Assembly: GCF_052425735.1 (NCBI RefSeq)
Contig: NC_135769.1
Coordinates: 124,001-188,000 of the forward strand
DNA from: Oculina patagonica
Taxonomy: Eukaryota
Length of the DNA stretch: 64,000 bases
Direction: 5' to 3'
Shown here piece by piece: positions 1 through 11,318 of the stretch (position 1 is the stretch's first letter; the number at the start of each line of letters is the position of its first letter). Both the position numbers and the translations under genes were made by a program. The notes beneath the pieces were generated by a model that saw only the letters and a program-made list of their open reading frames with translations, was not told the origin of the DNA and made no database searches.

Positions 1-712
1 GATTAACCTAAGCTTTCCCTCCCCTAGTTTCTTTGTGTTTTTTTTTTTTCTTTTCAAAACAGCCTCAACATACTTTAGAGCATACTTCAGATGTTGCACG
101 CATGTAGTTGACGTTTCCGCACCTTAATGTCTCTCAAAACTAGTAAACAGCGACCAAACAAAAGCATTACCCTGGCAACCATTAGGTTAGCAACATTGAG
201 TGTTTGCCCAAACTTGTTTTTCTGTAACAATATACACTTTTCGGTTAAAAAAGACCGCGAAAGTTGAGAACAACATTCACACATCTTCAATATACAGATG
301 GGAGGACTTTGTTTGATCAGCGAATGGTATAAAAAGTTGTTAAATAATCAAATTTTACTCTTTACCCCGCCCACCTCCCTTCTTCTCCCAATACGAAACA
401 CTACAATAATCGATCCCCAAAGATTAATATACCTAGCAAAAGTATCCCCCAAAAAATTAGAAGACAACGGCAAAGAAAGTTTTTGGCTTCAAACAACCAA
501 CATTGGAGACGCGAAAACACTTTACAAGTGTCAAGAAGTGGGCCTGATGAAAAAGAATCATTACCTATGACAAGCCTAGTATAAAAAGCTTTCGTCCAAT
601 ATCAAATGCTAATTCCACCACAGAAATCGAATCTAATTATCTTTGTTCTAATCTTATATAAGGCAAGCAACTTGCATTCTTTTTATTGCACCTTGTCGTC
701 GAAAAGTCGATC

Positions 713-3700
713 ATGGCGTTGGCTCAGCGATTCTGCAGTTACTTGTTTCTCTGTTTTGGTAAGTTCAACTTAAGCTTTTTACACATTAGCTGAAGTGATT
801 ACTTAACGAAACGTTCTTTTTTTAGCAGCATACGGATCATATTTAATACAATTAAGCTTCCCTGCTTAAAGAATATTTAATATTTGTTCCTTTTAGCACA
901 CGAACCGAAACGATCTTGACGGAGAGCTTCGATTGCATTAAGTATATTTAACTCACTTTTGAAACATCGTTGAAACCTGTTGACAATGGGCGGAATTGAA
1001 GCAGCCGTCAGAACATTTAACGTTCAACAAAACGTTGCCCTGTGTGCATAGCTCACTTTGGCGCTTGGTGAATGTGCATAAACTCGGTGTTCTTATTAAA
1101 CAAATCCAGTTTGTTTCGAGGTTCCTAGCATACAAGAGAAATTACAATGTTGCAATTAAAATCCGTCAGTGTTAAGATAAAACAGCGATAAAAGACTGCT
1201 TAAGGAAAGAACGTCTCGAGATGTTTCGACGTTCTCAGTTGGGTTGTAGCAGAGCCAATACTTTCAGGTAGTCACATGCTGCCTACATATGTTGTTACAA
1301 CAGCTCGAATTGAGAATGTCTCATGATAACTAACGGGTCTAATTGATGAAAAACGTAATCAGTTCAATGAGCGGCACAACTTTAATCAATTACGTGAGAA
1401 AAACATCCACTTTTAATCTGGTCACATACATTAACTAAGCTACCGTAACGGCGTTATTGTCGCTCTCCAGGCTTTTTGTTTTGAAGGGGTGGTTTCTTAC
1501 GTGAATTACTAGACGGTTAACAAATATGCTATAGCTTTCGGATTAGCATTGTAGGTCCTTTTCAAGCGTTAAAAACAACTTAAAACTGTAAAAAGAGTCA
1601 CGAAAGGTGTTATCAATAATGACGTTTTCGCGACCGCACGATCCATATTCAAGGCAAAGTATTTGCCTGCGTCTTGTCTGGTTTTTGAATTTTGTAGATT
1701 CTTGTTGCCAATATAGGAGGTTTAAGTTCATTCCTTTTTATCGTAACAACCCTTAAACCTCTATGGCCAGATTGCCTTCCTTCATTCTGTCCGCCATTTA
1801 GTGTAGCAAATGGAGGGCAAAGCACTAAAGCCGTGCTCAGTTAGAAATTCTGCTGTTTGTTCGCCCCTGTAAAAGAAAAACTGTTGTGATTAATTAAGGC
1901 TTTAATTACCAAAGTTTAGGACGATCATCGACTGTTTTGCAACTTTACATTCTTATCTTATATCGCTCAGCTATTGTGATATATTTTTGTTGATTGTGTT
2001 TTGTGATTAGCTAAAAAGCGTCATAAAAAAGTAAAAAATAACGGAAAAGAAAAAAGTTAAGAATATGAATACGAAAACGGAAATGTAACAATTAAACCAG
2101 ACTTGATCACGGTTGTTTATCATATGCTAAATCCTCAACAGAACTATTGTTATCCTTGTAACTCCCGCGGAAGATTAATAATGATCTATTTTTTCTTGAA
2201 GACCCTTGTGCTATGGCGCCAGCGATGGTGAGAGGCAAAATCCCGAACACATGCTCTTTTCGAGCTTAAGTCAAAAAATTTGTATCGCAGTTTTACTTTG
2301 GCAATAGCTTTGTGATAGAATGTCGAGAAGTGAAATTAAACTGAAAGGTCTATACCCTTACTTATGGACCTATGCCCAAAGTAATATAACTGTTTAGTTT
2401 GTAAAAATAACTTAGGTATATTTCGTTCCTTTCAACAGCTTTGCTTGTGATGGTATGCTTAGCGGACGAAGTTAATAAGAAAGATGAAGTGAAGACAATA
2501 AAAGGAAGCGATGTCTCCACCAGGATGCTGTCCCGGTCAGGTAAAATCATGATGGTTCGTGATGATGATGGTGATGATGACAGTGGTGATGACAGTGGTG
2601 ATGACAGTGGTGATGACGGTGGTGATGATAATGATATTGACGACACAGATAATAATGATGACGACGGCAATGATGATGATGATGATGATGATGACGATGA
2701 TGACTTTAGTGACGACAATGAGGAGTTGCTATCGTTTGAAGTTGATAAAATAGAAGAGAAAGATGCAGATGGTATGGATGTTGGTGAATTAGAGAAGCAT
2801 TCTGTGGATTCTTTTGACAATGTAAAGTTTACGTTCACTCAAGTGGACAGCCAGTCAAGCTTCCAAGGAATTCCTGTTATAAACGTGAACATGTCAGCTT
2901 CTCTTCCCGATAAAATGGCTACTCTTGATCTCATAGTCTACCTGTTTCGTCGTAGTGGAGATATCACATTTGGCAGTGAGACATTTTCTGTTGAAAGTGG
3001 AACAGTGAAGTTCAACATTAAGGTGAGTGTCCACCAAAAGACAGCTGGCACTAACATGACACATGCTAAGTTATTTAGGCCTAGAATTATTATTTTTCTC
3101 AATAACTTTATTCTTGGGGGCAAAACAGGAAAGTTTCTTTTAGCTGCAGACACAATTCGTCATTTTAAAGAAAACCACTGATATCTGCTTTTTTTATGAC
3201 AGATTAGTGACTGGGATTTCTGTGACGGGTCGCCATTGGACTGCAGCGAGGGCAAAGCTGGAGAGTTTCTTGATCTTAAACTTAAATTCAAGAGCAAAGG
3301 ATCACCAGCTGAGGTGAACGATGATGATCGCAAAAAAGCAGCCAAGAAACCCGTCTGTAAGGACAACGACAATGACAATGATGAAGACGCTAACGATAAC
3401 AATGATAATGATGATGATGACTGTCCTACAATATATGACATTGGTGGAGACTCCGAAATGCTCCTCAACAAAGGGGTAAGTTGATATTACGACATTCAGT
3501 ACTAAATAATTCATAACAGTGGTGACAATCTGGTATCATAGCTACGCAGTGTTTTGCTTTAGAGGCTTCGGCATGATGAAGTCATGATTACATAACTCGT
3601 GCTCTGGTTAAAAAATTAGGGGAGCTAGGGAGCGTCAAATGTCTCTCTTAATTAATTCTATCGCAATAATTCTTTTTGTTCCAGATGGCCGATTGCAAAA

Positions 3701-4514
3701 TGCGATTAATTGTGAACAGTTAACCATCTGAGACCCTATGCAAATATGGCGGCTGTTAATTTTCGGCTACCAGAAGAATCATTTGTCAACAAAAATAAAT
3801 TACTTTAACTTAAAGATGAAGTCAAAGTAAATCAGTGTATAAAGTTTCAAGGCTATACTTTCATCTAATGGGAAGTTACAGGGACATTTATATTACCAAA
3901 AACATGAAAACGAGGCTAGGCAGGCCAGGGTGACTTCTTCCATACAAATCTCTTAAATTTGAATGAGTCATAACTTTGCAGCCATTTAACCCAAAACACT
4001 GAAACTTCTCAGAATAGCATAATATTTCAGGCATATTTAAGTGCCCCCACCAGCATTTTAAGAAACTTGACCAAACAACAGAAATGAATGACAACCATTT
4101 TTGTATAGGGTCTATAGGTACACTTAAGTTTGGACAACTGTCCTTAATAAACTACCTTAGATTATTTTCTTCCTCTCTAAAAAGAATTTAAGAATAAGCT
4201 TCATATAGTATGTCCTTTTTAACAATTGTAACGTCAATTTCGCTTTTTCTCTATCTCTCTTCCATATTGTTTTCCAGGTCATGACCGATGACAATAAATA
4301 CATTGCCATGCCGCCGGGATTTCCGAAATTCGAGATCGAGGAGGGCGAGAAGAAATTTGTTTTCCGCATTCCCAAGTTCAACGACAATGTCATGGTTGAC
4401 CCGAGTGTGAACGTTGGCAAAGTTAAAAGCACTGCTTCCAGCTGGGCACCTGTCAATGTTGGCATGGCTCTGTTGGTTCATTTTGCTGCTTTGTTTGCAC
4501 TTCATTTTAATTAA
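713..4514 (+). CDS. SAARP1: Skeletal aspartic acid-rich protein (SAARP1/CARP4-like coral skeletal organic matrix protein), 4 exons
   Basis: Exons 713-758, 2439-3022, 3203-3475, 4278-4514 with GT-AG junctions in frame. Signal peptide [24 protein letters not shown], two poly-Asp tracts, and blocks [36 protein letters not shown] and [16 protein letters not shown] that match Acropora SAARP1 as I recall it. Hydrophobic C-terminus. Confidence 0.9.
2561..2718 (+). repeat. Coding (GAT/GAC)n Asp-rich repeat including a 12-bp GATGACAGTGGT tandem (DDSG x3, then DDGG)
   Basis: Directly visible. The 12-bp units span 2576-2623. Confidence 0.9.
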
Positions 4515-5615
4515 CAACCTTCACTAATAGAACTCCATAACGGGAAGAAATCTTCCTATCGTACAACGTTCGTGGGTAGGACACTTATAAAATATTATTT
4601 CATTGTGGGTAGGAAATCGAGTAAAATCAAGTTAAATAGACACCTTTATTTGGTTAGTTGTTATTTTCTTGTTTCTAAAATATAATATATTCACAAATAA
4701 TCACATTGTTAGTATTCCAGCACGAGGTGGACAATTCTGGTTCTAGTTAAAGGTGCCCCCTATTGGCCGAGCTGGGTCACTGCTCAGCCCCCTTACAAAC
4801 GGGCAAGGCATGCCCCGAAATGCGGTTTCGGCTGTAACATGAATTAGATAAATATAGAGTATAATATGACACACATGACGCGGGTTGTTAGGTGTTACTA
4901 TAGAAACGAACATTTAGTCTACTAGTACTCAACGATGTACTTCGCTATAAATGAAAAAGAGGAATGTTATAAAGTAAGACGTTTTCGTTCATGGAAACCG
5001 TGACAAATGCTGGACGTTTATTTATGGCTAAAAGTACTACCATCAGAATTTATGATTATAGAATATGTAATGTGTAGATTTAATAGCTGTCGAATAAATG
5101 GCGTCCTGTATGAATATCGTATGTCTAATACATTATTCAGGCTTGTCCATTCAAACAGTTTATCCACTGTACGGTTGTTAACAAGTCTCGACAGCTAAAA
5201 TGCAAGGCCCTATTTCCCATTTGAGAAAAAGGAATCGATGATGGCAGCTTAGGTGTGGCCTGTTAATAAGAAAGTATAAAATAAAACAGGCTTGAGTTTG
5301 GTGTTTGTTCCGGTGTATAACAAGCAATACATGATAAAGCAGTTCACATTTGGTAACCTTACCAAAAAGCCAGTGTTTTGCTGCATATAGGAAAGTCTCC
5401 AAATATCAGAGAATAAGAGACTTTGTAAGCATGGCTACTTAAACTTAGTCTTAACTTGCTACTAAAAGTTACCCTTTACTCGAGACAGCAGTTTTTTTAG
5501 TTGATCGATTTTCAAATAAACTTCAATTCGTCCCCAAGCCCTTTTCAATTATATAGTAACTTATACAGTCAGTTGCTAAAAGCGCGTTTTGTCCAAAACT
5601 TATTATTTCAAAGAG

Positions 5616-8600
5616 TTACAAAGGGGCCTGAAAAAATATGGCCATAAACGATACGACAACAGCGAAAAGAAACACCCAGATACAGACATGGTTTAGCACC
5701 AGGGCGGCCTTTCTCCACTCGTCCTGCCTCGCTTCCAGGATCATTTGCTGTCGAACGTTATCAGCCAATATCCTGTTGGCGCTTTTCTTGTCCCCTGTCA
5801 CGTGACCACGGTTTTTGCCGGGTTTTGATTGGTTATTCCCGTTTGTGTCCTTGGCAACGAGGATTTCTTTGTCGTTTACTGTAAAATAAATTGTTGATAG
5901 ATAAGCCTGGCAAAATACTTCCCAAAGTTCAACAGCTACGTTATTTACAGAAATAAATACGGAAATATGGAAATGCGAAATGCAAAGCTAGCCCGTTTTG
6001 TCACAGAGCTGATGGCGGTCGTATCTTAACAGCAAAAACATCAGTGCCGTGGACATGCGCGAAAAAAATTTACGTAAGCCAAATTGAGGTCTGATTGGCT
6101 CAAAAGGCAACATCTGTTCTTATGTTAGTATAAAGAGCACGCCTAAACAAAGTTAGCACACTGCATACAATTTGGTTTCTTGAAAATACTGAAAATTTTG
6201 AAAATGTTCTGATGAACATAATAATAATAATAATTGAACTTCCGTTGGTAGTGTTCGCTGGAATGTGCTAAAAAAAACTCTTGCGAAGGATATGTACACT
6301 GTATACTGTATTTTATGAACATAAACTAATGATTATACAGAGGAAAAATAATTACGTTTTTGACCAGTGATGCTTTCTGCCGAAGACACGTCACTTCCTT
6401 GTGAAGCGCCGTCGTTAGGATTGCTGCCTCCGAATTTAAATCGAAACAGCTTTGCTCCATAACCAAGAACATAGACCTGTGGGTTATTGGGCAAGAGAAA
6501 ACAAGATCAGTAACTCAAATTAAATAAAAGTATTATATAACGTTGTGCCATTTAGGTGACTTTTAGGACCAATTGTCTTAATCTAGAACCCCCTCACCCT
6601 CCCCCCCCCCCCCCAAGCCCAACCCCAACCGCAACCTGGTACAAAAGCCTCTTTCCTTGTAAACCAATTTCAAGAATAATGCCTTGGAATTAATGTTCTA
6701 ACTAGGACTATTACCTTGACCCATTTAGGGAGCTCTCCTTGTGTGGGGTTCTGATGATGGAAACGTAGAACCCAGCACGTCATAAAGAAAGCACAGGAGA
6801 CCTCGATCATTGTCACAGTGTAGTACATCCCTACCAGCGGCACGGCTTCTGATGTGGCCGGCATGTTCTCCGCCACAAGAAGAAAGAAAAAACTCAAACC
6901 AACAAGAATCGCCATGCCTAAAGAACATTTATCAAGCTGAATCAATCCATAAAATTTATTTGACGTATGTCATCTAAGCATACTGTAAAAGCGTCATTTT
7001 CTACTGACATAATCCCATTCTACAGTGTAATCATTTTGACTTCTTTTCGCTGACAAAAAAATAGCATGTGCAAAAATGGCAATGGCCTCAACTAGATAGT
7101 AAAAATTTTGTGTCCTGATATTTGGCTTTAACTCGAACCACAGGCGAAAATTCACAGAATCAAAACCTCCACTCCTACCACAACCTCTCTCTCTCGTGTT
7201 TCATAAGGGTATATAAACATATTGCGATAACTTCTTTTTCTTTCATAAACAAAGCTAAGAGGCAACGAGATGTCGTAACCGTGTTATAAAGCCTAATAAT
7301 AGATACTTAGTAGCCAATCAGAACGCACGTTATATAATTACTAATTTATAACAGTATACTTAGCACTGCCTTACCAACTGTCATCCTCTCATTACAGTCA
7401 GGAGGTAACAGGAACACCAGCAATGTTAGGACAGATATCATGGCACAGGGTATTATCAAATACATTGCGTAATACAACGCTCTTCTCTTAATCCGTACAC
7501 TGTAGGTGACGTCATGATATGGATAAGGACAGCACGTGTAGTGAACAGAATGGAACTCTCCAGGGACCCCCAGCAGCTCCCATTCCACACTGGGCGAGTA
7601 CTCACTCAAGTCTGCTGACGAGGTCTGACAATAAATAATAAAAGATATTAATCCGCCAGCGTCTGCAAGATGATGCATGATAACCGATTCAGAATTAAGG
7701 AATATAACTTTATCTGAGTTTTCCCTGTCCCTCAAATCTAAAAGAAAAGCTTTGGCGACGAAATGTGATGAACTGACTGTCCGAAAGACGAGAAACGCAC
7801 TTCACATTACATTAAATAGTTTGTTAAACAATTTCGAAACAATTAATATTATAAGCTTACCTCTAAGGTGAGTGCGATTCCAGCTGCATCGTAAGTCCAG
7901 GAGCCGAATTTAAGTTCGCAGTTCTGCTGGTCAAATGGGTAGTTATCCACTTGTATCTTGCAGCTACTTTCAATGATTGTCGGCACGTTCAGGCTGACAT
8001 AACCCTTGTTTGTTACAACAGCTTTTGTTCTTGTCATTCCACTACCAAAACCTTCTCCAGCACTGGAAAATAAAATGGATAAATGACGAGAGAGGTGAAT
8101 GGACACTTTCATGTCGAGTTGTGACAGTATAAATTACTTCAGTAGCGGTCTCTGTTTATATAGTTCTTAACTGTCTGTGGCCAAAATATCCCTTTGTATA
8201 CAAGATATTAAACATATACCAGACGAAGGCAATTAAACTTCTAGCTGTTAAAAGTCACTTACTTGTTATATAATACAATGTCAGGTATCCAGATCATTTT
8301 TGGATCGACGCTGATGTACTCTACTCCATTATAGTCTGATGAATTCCATCTCAGTGAGGGATCCAGCCAATACTAAACACAAATCAAATTTAGTTCATGA
8401 TCAGCTTATATAATAACGGTTAGCTTTCTAATGCACTTATTTGACTGTGAATATGAAGAAGACACTGTACTGAGTGGTAGCAACCAGGCTGACTAGGAAA
8501 TAGCCGGGGGAAATAGCTCATACAACATGTGTGTGGGCTTCGAAATTAAGTGATGGTTTTACAATATCTTTTACAATCTTGTCCCGCTCTAAGGCTCCTA

Positions 8601-10199
8601 GTGCTGGAATCTTGTATGTTTGCATTTTCTTTAATTAGAGGCGCTATTAGTTGCTATTGAAAGGTTTCATTCGATTTAAGAACAGTTTGAAGAAGTGTGT
8701 TCACGTGACGGTCTCTCTTTACATGAATACCTCTCTGATTTCCGCTCGGGTGATCAGTAACTGGTTCTTGTCATCCTGTAAGCGTAAATTTATTCATAAA
8801 GTTAAATATGATGGTAGTTAGTGCATTGAACAAATTCAGAATTGTCATGACTTGAATTTGACGACACATAAAGAATATTTAAATTAACTTTGAGCAATTA
8901 AAAAAAAACTGTTTAGGAAAGGGATGGTCTAAATATGTTTTATGTCTAGAATTGCTCAAGATATAACCACAAGTGCCAGTTTAAAAGTTTTTGTATTTAT
9001 TATTTAAACCAGGAAAGAGTTTTCTAGTTCTGACATGCTTTTCAAAGCTTGTTACTGGTTCATAGTCTGGTGGATGGAGGAGGATGGAAAGAAAAACAGA
9101 AACTCAGCTAATACACTTTATTATTATTTCTCTTGTTCGAGTTTTTACTGGTTAACTAGGTTATTTAGGCTCGCTAGCTTGTCCAGTAATTATATATGTT
9201 GTTATAGTGATGTTCGATTTTCGATTAATTACACACGAATCAGTCAATGGTACTGATTGACGAAAACCGCTGGAACTAAGAATCATACTGGGATTTACAT
9301 GAAATTAAAGGTGGTTAAATCTGGTTTAAGTTGGTATCCAACTTTAAAGGTGGAAACCAATCACGCACCATGTGTAAATGTGATAAAGTTGGCGTAAAGG
9401 TCAGCAAAAAATGAAAGTAGCGTGAAGCTGATAAATCCAAATTTACGTCAGCTTACTGAGACACCACAGTAAGTATGTCTGTGGTGCATAAGAATGAAGT
9501 GGAATATAACAGAGGTTGCTTACCAAATCTTCTATCTCTCTGACAACTAACCCAAACGTCACGTTAACAGCATCCTCGCTCCTAGCCACAGGTCTAACAC
9601 GTCTGTTGTACTTTTGAGGGTTCAGCAAGACTTCCATGAGGTGCTGTTCTCGTTTATTGTGAGTTTCATTTGCGGCGTGAAGACCTGAAGAGCAAAATCA
9701 CTCAAATCTATTAAGGGACGGCAATGGACTCTGCTACATGGGAGCGCCGGGGGGACAGATATGGGTCTTAGAGGTGGTTAACTTTTTTACAGACCACGTT
9801 TGCTCAAGGGTATCTCTGCTTTTCCCAAACTTATGTCTCACTGGATGGGAGCATTAATGGCGAAGGATCACTTTCTTTCGCATATCGTCATTCTTGGGAT
9901 CGGAAAGAAAAATATTTATCATACTGACAATGACCCTTTATAAAACGACTAATGTTCCGGTAGTGCCCTCAACACAAGTTTGCTAAGATAAAAGAGCAGG
10001 CTTATAAAATTCCCGTGATATTAAACAACAAGTCGAAGGATACATACGATGTAACTCTTACAGCAATCTGCCGTCCCAAATTAAACTCATCTCTCTTGGA
10101 TAAATGCGCACATTAAAGAAGCACCGAGTTTGAAATATTACATGACTTAAAAATCTTACCTCTAATAATAAAGGAAATGAGGAGCATTTGAGCTAACAT
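5616..10199 (-). CDS. Nicotinic acetylcholine receptor alpha-type subunit (Cys-loop ligand-gated ion channel), 9 coding exons
   Basis: Exons 10160-10199, 9524-9684, 8731-8775 (45 nt), 8263-8372 (110 nt), 7861-8062, 7375-7624, 6715-6917, 6356-6476, 5616-5878. Motifs [17 protein letters not shown], Cys-loop [22 protein letters not shown], loop C YTCCPYPY (vicinal Cys), and M1-M4. Confidence 0.92.
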
Positions 10200-11318
10200 T
10201 CGTGAAAATTGAATCTCCATGACAGTCGATTCTTTCGAATTACGAAAAGAAATATTGAGACGTATTTCAGCCATTCACTAAAATATGCAGCTCTCTTTTT
10301 GGACTGTTGCCAATTTAGCAGGTGGCTTTTCAGTATAATAATGTTTTGTGAGATAGTGGAAAGCAGCCTTCTCATTCTACTTAGATTTCAATACGAGGGG
10401 CTTTGAGGACGAAGGGACCATGTGAACCACTGCACTTGCGACACCGTCAAGCTATTATTTTGTTATTATATTTTTTTAAATGCATACTAGCGCTAAATTG
10501 GAACTTGGATTTTTGTCACTTAAATACTACGGTTTGTTTTCAAAAGTGTTTCTATGGAAATAAAAAGGCCAAATACTTCTACTATTTTATTTCTTATGGT
10601 AAATCTAATAAGCTCACATATAATAAACCACTTGTGCAAGGAACAGTTAATAATCAGCTTCGAGCAAATTCATGCAGTAAACCAGTTTTGTGTAATTCTT
10701 GACAAAACATCATTAATTTTCTTAAGTATTTTATACCAGCAGAAGACAAGAAAATAATTTCTTCTCAGTCAGAACTGCATGTTAGCTTGAATTATTAGTG
10801 AATGCGCGACTCCAACTTGAGAAACACAAAATCTGCTCCTTAGTGGCAGAGTTAGATCATTGCTATGACCAGCATTTAGGGATATTAACAACGAGAATTT
10901 ATTCTCTTTCTAGAGATAATTTAACAATGACAATTTATTGATATATTAATTTGACACCCACCAGTCCGATAGATTATCGATTGGTACCGGACCGTGTTCG
11001 AATATTGACAGACTATTAGTATAAAACAGGTGCCGTTGCAGGTGGCAACGGGGCACTCAATGTCTTTGAATTGTTTTGCTTCTACGGGTTTATCCACTGC
11101 GCAAAAAACTTGTTTGACAAGGGCGTATGAAATTCTTCTCTGGCACCGCTGGTAAACGTGTGATTATCGTTCCGCCTGAACGATCGCGTGTAAAATATAC
11201 GCTCTGTTCCCAAAAAAACGCGACCAAGAAAGAACTCTGAACAATGAAGAACACTGGAAAAAATTTTAGCGTAATTCCGTAGTACGTCATTTAAATTACC
11301 ACTTGTTTTCTTTTGGAT

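Noticed and set aside
2362-2838. Poly-Ser antisense ORF and poly-Met alternative-frame ORF
   Set aside because: Shadows of the SAARP (GAT)n Asp repeat.
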